This document shows positions 1-7,090 of a stretch of 13,489 bases of DNA, in pieces. This DNA comes from Candidatus Thorarchaeota archaeon (GTDB taxonomy: Archaea; Asgardarchaeota; Thorarchaeia; Thorarchaeales; Thorarchaeaceae): contig JAWOEX010000018.1 of NCBI GenBank assembly GCA_046482545.1, positions 1 to 13,489 of the forward strand. Direction: 5' to 3'. A program made the position numbers and the translations under genes. Each line of letters begins with the position of its first letter. Position 1 is the stretch's first letter. The notes beneath the pieces were generated by a model. That model searched no databases and was not told the origin of the DNA. It saw only the letters and a list, made by a program, of their open reading frames with translations.

Positions 1-1
1 T

Positions 2-100
2 AGTGACGACTTTGCCCGAGTTCCATGGTTCTTCGCTTTCTCTCATCCTCATGTCAAAGACGAGTTCTTTACAGTCCTAGAATCTGGTCTTACTTCGTAA
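2..100 (+). CDS. Possible 3' end of an unidentified gene entering from the left edge (...SDDFARVPWFFAFSHPHVKDEFFTVLESGLTS*)
   Basis: Frame +2 is open from the window edge to TAA at 98-100 and is followed by a T-rich tract (about 142-159). No recognisable motif. The antisense frame (MRMRESEEPWNSGKVVT..., ATG at 52) also runs off the edge, so the strand is ambiguous. Confidence 0.25.
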   Translation, partial: SDDFARVPWFFAFSHPHVKDEFFTVLESGLTS

Positions 101-427
101 TCCTTCGCTCCTTTACTGGCCCTGTTTGCCGAGTCGAGGCCTTTGTTCTTGTCTCTTTTACATAATGCTATCCGACGAGAATTGAATATGAGTTGAATAC
201 TATTGGCCATACCCCAATCAAGATGCCAAGCACATAGCGATGAGATTTGTGAGCAATTCATGTCCCAACTGGAGTCATCAATCTCCGATGAGAAGTGGGA
301 ACAAAACCAGAAGTTCATCATAATCCGGCTGTGTGTTAATGACATATGATTTGGTCCTCTCTACGAATGATTGGTGGTGGGTCTTCCTAGTGCCGGCCGG
401 CCAATAAGACAACTAGTGCTATCTCCG

Positions 428-1852
428 TCAAATCAAGTCAGCTACGTGGAATACACCACAGACATTTGTTCTGTGTGGAATGTGTCTGATTCCTGAAGTG
501 AACACCACATCTTTGTCTTCACTGACCAGTCCTTCCTTATGCACTCTCCGTACAGCTTGCTGAACCAAGTCGTCAACATTGTCAAGATCTTGTCTATACT
601 GCACTGGGTGTACTCCCCAAAGCAACCTCATTCTTCGAATTACAGCGGGGTCTCGTGTCACAGCGTAGATGTTGGTGGGGGGCCTGAATTTTGAAATCCA
701 CCTAGCTGTGAAGCCGCTTCTGGTTGCACTTACTATTCCATCAACATTCTCTGGAATGAGAGAGACCGCGCTATAGACCAGATTTCCGATGATTTCCACT
801 ATCATACGTTCTTCTGAGGTGACGTCTAGTGGATCGACTGGGGTAATACGCTTTTCTGCATTGCTGATGATTCGATTCATCATCTCTACCACCCTGGGGG
901 GATTTCTCCCGATTGCGGTCTCACCACTCAGCATCACAGCGTCTGTTCGGTCGAAAATGGCATGGGCAACGTCGCTCACCTCCGCACGTGTGGGAAGTCT
1001 CTCCTCCGTCATGGATTCTAGCATGTGTGTTGCTACGATACTGGGGCGGGCCCATTTGTTGGCTTTCCGCACAAGTTCCCTCTGAAGCACGGGCACCTCT
1101 TCGATTGGAACCTCAATTCCAAGGTCGCCCCGTGCAATCATCACTCCATGGGATTCTTCAAGGATGTCATCATAATTCTCTATGGCCAGCATATGTTCGA
1201 TCTTGCTTATGACATCTGCATCGCCTAGTCCATTTTCCTCAAGGATTTCGTTAACCCTTCGTACTTCATCTCCGTCTCGCACAAACGAAAGTGCTATGAA
1301 ATCCACCCCAAGCTCGGCTGCGAGTTCAATGTCCTTGACATCCTTTTCTGTGGGCATGCTACAGGAAAGGCGGATGCCTGGGATATTGACTCCTTTCCTG
1401 CTTGATATAGGGCCGCCATTGGTGACTTTGGTAACCACCTCGTTATCTCGAATTTCTTGAACCACGAGATTGATTATCCCATCGTTTATAGCAATGATGT
1501 CACCTTCTGCAACATCTTCAGGCAAATCTTTATGCGAGATGGATACACGATGGCGATTTCCGATAAACTCCTGAGTTGAGATGATGAACTCGTCCCCTTC
1601 TTCAAGCTCTACTTCCTCTTCCATTTCACCGATTCGAATCTTAGGTCCTTGGAGGTCAAACAGGATTCCCACCGTATCATCCACTGAACGTATCAATTCG
1701 AAGGTTTTCTTCGCTGATGAATGATCCTCATGGGACATGTTGATTCTTGCAACATCCATTCCAGCTTCAACCATCTGATGAAGGACTTCTCGTGAATTGG
1801 ACGCTGGACCTATCGTGCAAACTATCTTGGAACGAGTCTCTTGTTCTTGCAT
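428..1852 (-). CDS. pyk: Pyruvate kinase (K+-independent signature)
   Basis: 474 aa with PK motifs KIVCTIGPAS, ARINMSH, DLQGPKIR, RKGVN, SKIE, GVMIARGDLGIE, PTRAEVSDV, DAVMLSGETA and TRSGFTA. Confidence 0.97.
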   Translation of the reverse strand: MQEQETRSKIVCTIGPASNSREVLHQMVEAGMDVARINMSHEDHSSAKKTFELIRSVDDTVGILFDLQGPKIRIGEMEEEVELEEGDEFIISTQEFIGNRHRVSISHKDLPEDVAEGDIIAINDGIINLVVQEIRDNEVVTKVTNGGPISSRKGVNIPGIRLSCSMPTEKDVKDIELAAELGVDFIALSFVRDGDEVRRVNEILEENGLGDADVISKIEHMLAIENYDDILEESHGVMIARGDLGIEVPIEEVPVLQRELVRKANKWARPSIVATHMLESMTEERLPTRAEVSDVAHAIFDRTDAVMLSGETAIGRNPPRVVEMMNRIISNAEKRITPVDPLDVTSEERMIVEIIGNLVYSAVSLIPENVDGIVSATRSGFTARWISKFRPPTNIYAVTRDPAVIRRMRLLWGVHPVQYRQDLDNVDDLVQQAVRRVHKEGLVSEDKDVVFTSGIRHIPHRTNVCGVFHVADLI

Positions 1853-2025
1853 TGTAAATACCCTTTCGTAGCAGCTGTCCTTTGTTTTCTTTGGTAGACT
1901 AATCAGTTATAGTTTGTCACCTCCCATCAGGTACCGATTTCTGTTTCTCTGGTTCCGTTCATACCGGTCCCTAGAACAATGATTTGACCACAAAATCCAT
2001 TAGTACATCTTAACAATAGATAACT

Positions 2026-2032
2026 AAGGTGA
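2026..2032 (+). promoter_or_regulatory. Shine-Dalgarno-like motif AAGGTGA for the SDR gene
   Basis: AAGGTGA ends 4 nt before ATG 2037. GGTGA is a typical archaeal RBS core. Confidence 0.6.
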
Positions 2033-2036
2033 AACA

Positions 2037-2780
2037 ATGAATTTGGAAGGTAAAGTAGCGATTGTCACAGGCGCAGCTCAGGGTATCGGACAAGGTATCA
2101 CCCTGAAGCTGGCTGAACGTGGAGCGAAAGTAGTTGTTAGTGACATTGCTGAAGATGTAAAGGAAGTCGTTAAGGAAATCGAGGAGAGTGGCCAGCAAGC
2201 CATTTCACTGCTAGCGGATGTCACTGACCCGGAACAAGTGGAGAAAATGGTTCAATCCGCTCTGGATAAATGGGGCCAGCTAGACATCTTGGTTAACAAC
2301 GCAGGAATATACCCCTACAAGAGTCTCATGGCGATGGATGAGAGCGACTGGGACAAAGTGATAGATATCAATCTCAAGGGTGTTTTCAATAGCACCAAAG
2401 CTGCCCTTCCGGCATTGAAGAAGGATGGAGGAAGCATAATCAATATGGCATCAATTGCAGGAACAGTTGTGGGCTATCGTGACTTGGCACACTATAGTGC
2501 ATCGAAAGCTGGCGTATTGGGTTTCACAAGGGCTGCTGCATTGGAGCTTGCTCCTAACAAAATACGAGTGAACGCCATTGCTCCAGGAGCAATCCAGACA
2601 CCGACCGTTGATAAGACACTCACCAAGGAACTACGCGAGAAGACCATTGCCTCAATTCCGTGGCAAAGAATGGGCACTCCGGAGGATATTGCGAATGTTG
2701 TGGCATTCTTGGCGTCAGATGAGTCTGAATATATTACAGGGCAGCTTTTGATTGTTGATGGTGGCTTAACGGTCCAGTAA
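2037..2780 (+). CDS. Classical short-chain dehydrogenase/reductase (FabG-like fold, probably NAD(H)-preferring; substrate unknown)
   Basis: 247 aa with TGAAQGIG, NNAG, catalytic Ser plus YSASK (YxxxK), VNAIAPG and ITGQ..VDGG. An Asp at the end of beta2 (VVVSD) indicates NAD preference. Confidence 0.93.
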   Translation: MNLEGKVAIVTGAAQGIGQGITLKLAERGAKVVVSDIAEDVKEVVKEIEESGQQAISLLADVTDPEQVEKMVQSALDKWGQLDILVNNAGIYPYKSLMAMDESDWDKVIDINLKGVFNSTKAALPALKKDGGSIINMASIAGTVVGYRDLAHYSASKAGVLGFTRAAALELAPNKIRVNAIAPGAIQTPTVDKTLTKELREKTIASIPWQRMGTPEDIANVVAFLASDESEYITGQLLIVDGGLTVQ

Positions 2781-2872
2781 TACCCGAAACTCAAATGAAG
2801 TAACAAAAGCTTGAGAATAAACAGGATAGCACATACCGACTCAACACTCACTTAGATATCCACCGAAACTGT

Positions 2873-2910
2873 GAACACGAGAATCTCGAACTGGATAGAC
2901 CAGTTTGTTC
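2873..2910. other. Nested inverted repeats able to form a perfect three-way junction
   Basis: GAACA(2873-77)/TGTTC(2906-10) encloses CGAG-aat-CTCG(2878-88) and AACTGG-ataga-CCAGTT(2889-2905). Function unknown. Confidence 0.35.
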
Positions 2911-2979
2911 TAGCAAAACGTCTAAAGAGCTTGTAGTCTATGGGTAAGATGGATAAGATGATCAGGATGGATGCAGATT

Positions 2980-4281
2980 ATGGATGAGATTAAACAGGTT
3001 CACGCCATCGAGGTGTTGGATTCACGCGGGAATCCTACTATTATGACAAAAGTTGTTTTCGCAGACGGGAGCACCGGGGTTGCAAAAGTCCCAAGTGGAG
3101 CTTCTACAGGTGCACGAGAAGCTCTTGAGCTTCGGGACGGTGATGATCGCTATCTTGGAAAGGGTGTTACCAAAGCGGTTGAAAATGTCAATACTGTCCT
3201 TGCTGAGGCCGTGAAATCGGCGGATCCCCTTTCTTTTGAGGGACTCGATGCAGCAATGCTTAGGGCTGATGGTACCGAAGACAAAAGCAAACTCGGGGCT
3301 AATGCCATTCTTTCTGTTTCCATGGCAGCAGCGGTAGCACTTGCAAAAGACGAAGGTATGGAGCTGTTCGAATTCTTGAGAACAAGGGTTCTGGGAGCAG
3401 ATGATGGATACCTTCAACCTGTGCCCATGTCCAACGTGATTAACGGCGGAGAACATGCAGGGAATGATTTAGCTATTCAAGAGTTCATGATCCTGCCAGT
3501 CGGCGCGTCAAACATCAGAGAGGCCATACAATGCATTAGTGAGATTTACCATGTTCTTGGCACCCAGATGGTATCCAAATACGGCCAAGTGGCCAAGAAT
3601 ATCGGGGATGAAGGTGGATACTGTGGTTTCGGTTTGGAGAAAACAACCGACGCCTTTGACGAGATCATGAAGGCGGTTGAAGAAGCTGGATACTCGCCTG
3701 GCAAAGATGTTGTCTTTGGTATTGATGCAGCAGCAAGCGAGTTCCATGAGGATGGCATCTATCATATTGACGGAAAGGAACTGCCTCCTGAGGAACTGCT
3801 TGAATTCTACCTTGGTTTAGAAAAATCCTATCCTCTCCAGAGTGTGGAAGATCCCTTCGATGAGACTGCTTTCGATGATTTTGCAGCATATACCAAAGAG
3901 TCAGACGTTCAAGTAGTTACTGATGACCTCACGGTTTCGAATCCTGATATCGTATCAGAAGCAATCGATATTGAAGTGGGAAATTCCCTTCTATTGAAGG
4001 TCAATCAGATTGGAACGGTTACGGAGGCTATTGAAGCTGCACGGGTGGCTAACGAAGCAGGTTGGTCGGTAGTTGTTAGTCATCGAAGTGGTGAGACTGG
4101 AGATACATTCATCGCTGACTTGGCCGTTGCACTCTCAACGGGCCAAATCAAGACTGGAGCACCTGCACGCAGTGACAGGGTTGCGAAATACAACCGGCTA
4201 CTCGAAATCTACGATGTTCTTGATGGTACGTGTGATTACCCAGGGCCTGACTTCCGAACAGCATGGAGGGACTATCAGTAA
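2980..4281 (+). CDS. eno: Enolase (phosphopyruvate hydratase)
   Basis: Motifs DSRGNPT, VPSGASTG, LGANAIL, NGGEHA, QEFMI, GDEGG, DAAASEF, EDPF, LLKVNQIG, SHRSGET, QIKTG and RSDRVAKYN. Start 2980 (MDEIKQV) fits the usual enolase N-terminus and has AGGATGG upstream. In-frame ATG 2971 is the alternative start. Confidence 0.97.
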   Translation: MDEIKQVHAIEVLDSRGNPTIMTKVVFADGSTGVAKVPSGASTGAREALELRDGDDRYLGKGVTKAVENVNTVLAEAVKSADPLSFEGLDAAMLRADGTEDKSKLGANAILSVSMAAAVALAKDEGMELFEFLRTRVLGADDGYLQPVPMSNVINGGEHAGNDLAIQEFMILPVGASNIREAIQCISEIYHVLGTQMVSKYGQVAKNIGDEGGYCGFGLEKTTDAFDEIMKAVEEAGYSPGKDVVFGIDAAASEFHEDGIYHIDGKELPPEELLEFYLGLEKSYPLQSVEDPFDETAFDDFAAYTKESDVQVVTDDLTVSNPDIVSEAIDIEVGNSLLLKVNQIGTVTEAIEAARVANEAGWSVVVSHRSGETGDTFIADLAVALSTGQIKTGAPARSDRVAKYNRLLEIYDVLDGTCDYPGPDFRTAWRDYQ

Positions 4282-5523
4282 ATGTCCAAGAAACGAACCG
4301 CAATGCTGATTGTTCTTGACGGATTGAACGATAGGCCCCTGGCTGAGCTTGATGGCGGAACTCCGCTCCAAGCTGCCAAGACACCTTGCTTCGACCGGCT
4401 TGCTACTGAAGGCCAGTCTGGTCTGATGCATGTCATCGGTCCCGGTATAACTCCTGGCAGCGATGCAGCCCACCTTGCTCTCTTCGGTTATGACCCAATG
4501 GAAAACTATCCTGGCCGCGGCCCCTTAGAGGCTCTTGGAGCCGGAGTGGAATGTAAACCCGGTGATGTGGCATTCCGCTCGAACTTCGCAACAATCGATT
4601 CTGATTTCAAGGTGATTGACCGGAGAGCAGGCCGTCAGTTCACAAAGGAAGAGCACCGCATTCTAAAGAATGAGCTGGATGGGTTGGAAATCGACGGTGT
4701 GACAATATCATTTGTTCCGACTGTTCAGCATAGAGGTGCAGTGGTTCTTCACGGTGAGGACCTATCTGGGGATATCACAGATACAGATCCTCACGAGGTT
4801 GGGGTAGAGGTTCTGGAATCAAAAGCGAAGAATGAAAGGGCTGAGAAGACAGCACAGGTTGTCAATAAGCTGGGTAGACTAGCACATGAACGCTTTGAGG
4901 ATTTGGACCTCAACGAAAACCGAAAGGAACGAGACTTACCTCCAATCAACGCATTACTCTTGAGGGGTGCTGGTCAACACGCTGAGATATCCACAATCAA
5001 TACGAAGTATGGTATTCGTTCTGCAGCCATTGCCGGTGGTGCTCTGTATATTGGCGCAGCGAAGTATGTCGGAATGGACTACCTTGATGTTGAGGGGCAT
5101 ATTGGTACGATAGATACGGATTATGAAAAAGTTGGAAAGCAAGCAATCCAGTGTGTACACGGCGGTTACGAATACATCTTTGTTCATCTCAAAGCCACAG
5201 ATAATGCAGCTCATGATGGGGACATAGACCAGAAGATACTCGCTATTGAGAAGGCAGATAGCATGGTCGAACAGATTGTGGAGGCGGTTGGCGATGAACT
5301 TGTTCTAGCGGTAACCGGGGATCATACAACCCCAATAAGCGTTAGAGACCATACATCAGACCCTGTAGCCCTTCTGTTGTGGTCTGACTTCCTGCGTTCT
5401 GACTCGGTACGTAAATATTCGGAATTCGATGCCCCCGAAGGTGCTCTACATACCATTCTAGGGAGGGATCTCATGCCAATCCTGCTTGGCTATGCAGGTC
5501 ACATCGGGAAAATGGGTGCTTGA
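4282..5523 (+). CDS. apgM: 2,3-bisphosphoglycerate-independent phosphoglycerate mutase, archaeal type
   Basis: 413 aa with LDGLNDRP, TPL, PGSD (phosphoacceptor Ser), GRGPLEA, DRRAGR, TDPH, HLKATDNAAHDG, TGDHTTP and HTSDP. The ATG directly follows the eno stop (TAA-ATG), which implies co-transcription. Confidence 0.95.
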   Translation: MSKKRTAMLIVLDGLNDRPLAELDGGTPLQAAKTPCFDRLATEGQSGLMHVIGPGITPGSDAAHLALFGYDPMENYPGRGPLEALGAGVECKPGDVAFRSNFATIDSDFKVIDRRAGRQFTKEEHRILKNELDGLEIDGVTISFVPTVQHRGAVVLHGEDLSGDITDTDPHEVGVEVLESKAKNERAEKTAQVVNKLGRLAHERFEDLDLNENRKERDLPPINALLLRGAGQHAEISTINTKYGIRSAAIAGGALYIGAAKYVGMDYLDVEGHIGTIDTDYEKVGKQAIQCVHGGYEYIFVHLKATDNAAHDGDIDQKILAIEKADSMVEQIVEAVGDELVLAVTGDHTTPISVRDHTSDPVALLLWSDFLRSDSVRKYSEFDAPEGALHTILGRDLMPILLGYAGHIGKMGA

Positions 5524-5529
5524 GACAGG

Positions 5530-6876
5530 CTAAGATCTTTTCGCACCCTGTTTGCCTATGCACCTGTACTCAAATCCTGCTGCTTCAGCAGTTTCTTGGT
5601 CGAATACGTTACGACCATCAACAATTCCTGGAGTTCGCATTAAGGATTTCACATGGTTCAAGTCGAGCTCATAGTATTCAGCATGCTTGGTCACCAGAGC
5701 AATGCAATCAGAATTCTCAAGGGTCTTCTCGATATCGGACTCTATCTTCTGAGGGCTGAATTCCCACTCCTTCACGTATGGGTCATGTATTCTCACTTCT
5801 GCTCCTTTCGACATCAAGGAAGCAACCAAGGGTGCTGCAGGTGTGTTTCTTGTATCATCAGAGTTTTCTAGATAGGCTGCGCCCAGTACGGTGACTGTGG
5901 CGTTTTGAACAGAGATACCCGTTGCTGATAACACGTTTTCCACAAGGTATGCCATGTGAGCTGGCATATGGTCATTGATTCTTCTTGCCAGCGATATCAT
6001 TTGCGGTTCCATATTCCAGCTGCCGTATTCGTAAAGACCGTGTCGGAGTAGCCAAGTATCCTTTGGTAGGCAATGACCTCCGACTCCAGCTCCAGGGATA
6101 TGCATGTCTCTGCTCTCTAGCTCATTTACGTACTCACGAATCTCGTATACATTGACCCCAAGGCTTTCACAGACAAGAGCAATCTCGTTGGCAAACGCTA
6201 TATTCACGTCACGATAGGCGTTCTCGACAGTTTTTGATAATTCTGCGGTGAGTGCATCGGTAGTATGGATATTTCCCTTTACAATGTTCGAATACATCTC
6301 GGTCGCTCTTTCGGCACTTTTCGCACTTACTCCTCCAACCACACGTGGAAGCTCGATTATGTTTTTGATAAGTTTACCGGGCATAACGCGTTCATAGGAG
6401 AAAGCTAAATCGAACTCCGTTCCTGCTTTCATTCCTGATTCATGCTCAATAATGCTTTGAACAATATTCTGCGTGGTTCCGGGAGCAACAGTTGACTCGA
6501 CAACTACCATTGCTCCTTTCTTTATTCTCTTGCCAATGTTCTCGCTGACTTCTCGCAGTGATTTATAGAGCGGCATATGCTGAGTGTCGGTTGGTGTTTG
6601 AACATCAATGAGTATGATATCCGCGTCGCTTAGAACATCCACATCATCTGTAACTCTGAAAGCCCCTTTCTTGACCACTCGGGCAATCAATTCTTGGAGA
6701 CCTGGCTCCTTGCCCTTGAAAGGCGATTCTCCTGAGTTTAGAACATCAATCTTCCATCCTGATCGTTTAGACCTTCTTTGTAGACCTGTAACACTGTATC
6801 CTTCGACGTCAGCAAGAAGTGCTGCACAGGGAATTCCTACGTAGCCCATTCCTATGACAACTATCTTTGTATTCAT
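5530..6876 (-). CDS. Nucleotide-sugar (UDP-N-acetylhexosamine) 6-dehydrogenase, WecC/WbpA/WbpO family, paralog A
   Basis: Motifs GMGYVG, VQTP, EST, ERVMPG, KTVENAYRDVNIAFANE, PGAGVGGHCLPKD (catalytic Cys), DDTRNTP and DGRN. Start set to ATG 6876 (448 aa) because it aligns with Met1 of the paralog and has GGAGTTGGTTGATA upstream. Confidence 0.93.
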   Translation of the reverse strand: MNTKIVVIGMGYVGIPCAALLADVEGYSVTGLQRRSKRSGWKIDVLNSGESPFKGKEPGLQELIARVVKKGAFRVTDDVDVLSDADIILIDVQTPTDTQHMPLYKSLREVSENIGKRIKKGAMVVVESTVAPGTTQNIVQSIIEHESGMKAGTEFDLAFSYERVMPGKLIKNIIELPRVVGGVSAKSAERATEMYSNIVKGNIHTTDALTAELSKTVENAYRDVNIAFANEIALVCESLGVNVYEIREYVNELESRDMHIPGAGVGGHCLPKDTWLLRHGLYEYGSWNMEPQMISLARRINDHMPAHMAYLVENVLSATGISVQNATVTVLGAAYLENSDDTRNTPAAPLVASLMSKGAEVRIHDPYVKEWEFSPQKIESDIEKTLENSDCIALVTKHAEYYELDLNHVKSLMRTPGIVDGRNVFDQETAEAAGFEYRCIGKQGAKRS

Positions 6877-7090
6877 TATCAACCAACTCCAGTTTCCGAG
6901 ATTGGGTCTGATTATTGTTCCGCCTATTTGGAGCAAGTAAAAGGTTGTTGATGAGGCTTGCTTTTGATATGCCACTACCGATTCTCTTTGGCTTGTTAGT
7001 ACGAAATCCCTTGTACCTGCTTCGAAAATGCTATTCTTCAGCATGATACTGGGAATGCGATGGTAGAAACTCCGTGAGGTGTTATCAACC
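6876..7090. repeat. 9-bp direct repeat TTATCAACC (6876-6884 and 7082-7090) bounding the inter-paralog spacer
   Basis: Exact match read from the sequence. One copy overlaps the start codon of paralog A and the other overlaps the stop codon of paralog B. Confidence 0.5.

Noticed and set aside
49-345. 98-aa minus-strand ORF MSLTHSRIMM...
   Set aside because: No recognisable motif, atypical Ser/Cys/Trp-rich composition and no clear RBS. It cannot be supported as a gene, although the 101-427 gap remains unexplained.
1916-1925. Strong SD-like GGGAGGTGAC on the minus strand upstream of pyk
   Set aside because: No start codon at a usable distance; it lies about 65 nt from the pyk ATG.
2037-2780. 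Calling the SDR fabG
   Set aside because: The beta2 Asp indicates NAD rather than NADPH use, and there are no fatty-acid synthesis neighbours. The fold alone does not give the substrate.
6877-7044. 56-codon N-terminal extension of dehydrogenase A given in the ORF track
   Set aside because: The paralog begins at the position equivalent to ATG 6876, which has its own RBS-like motif. The extension has no family similarity.
6885-7081. Classifying the inter-paralog spacer as a MITE or IS
   Set aside because: No convincing terminal inverted repeats or transposase remnant. Only the flanking direct repeat is reported.
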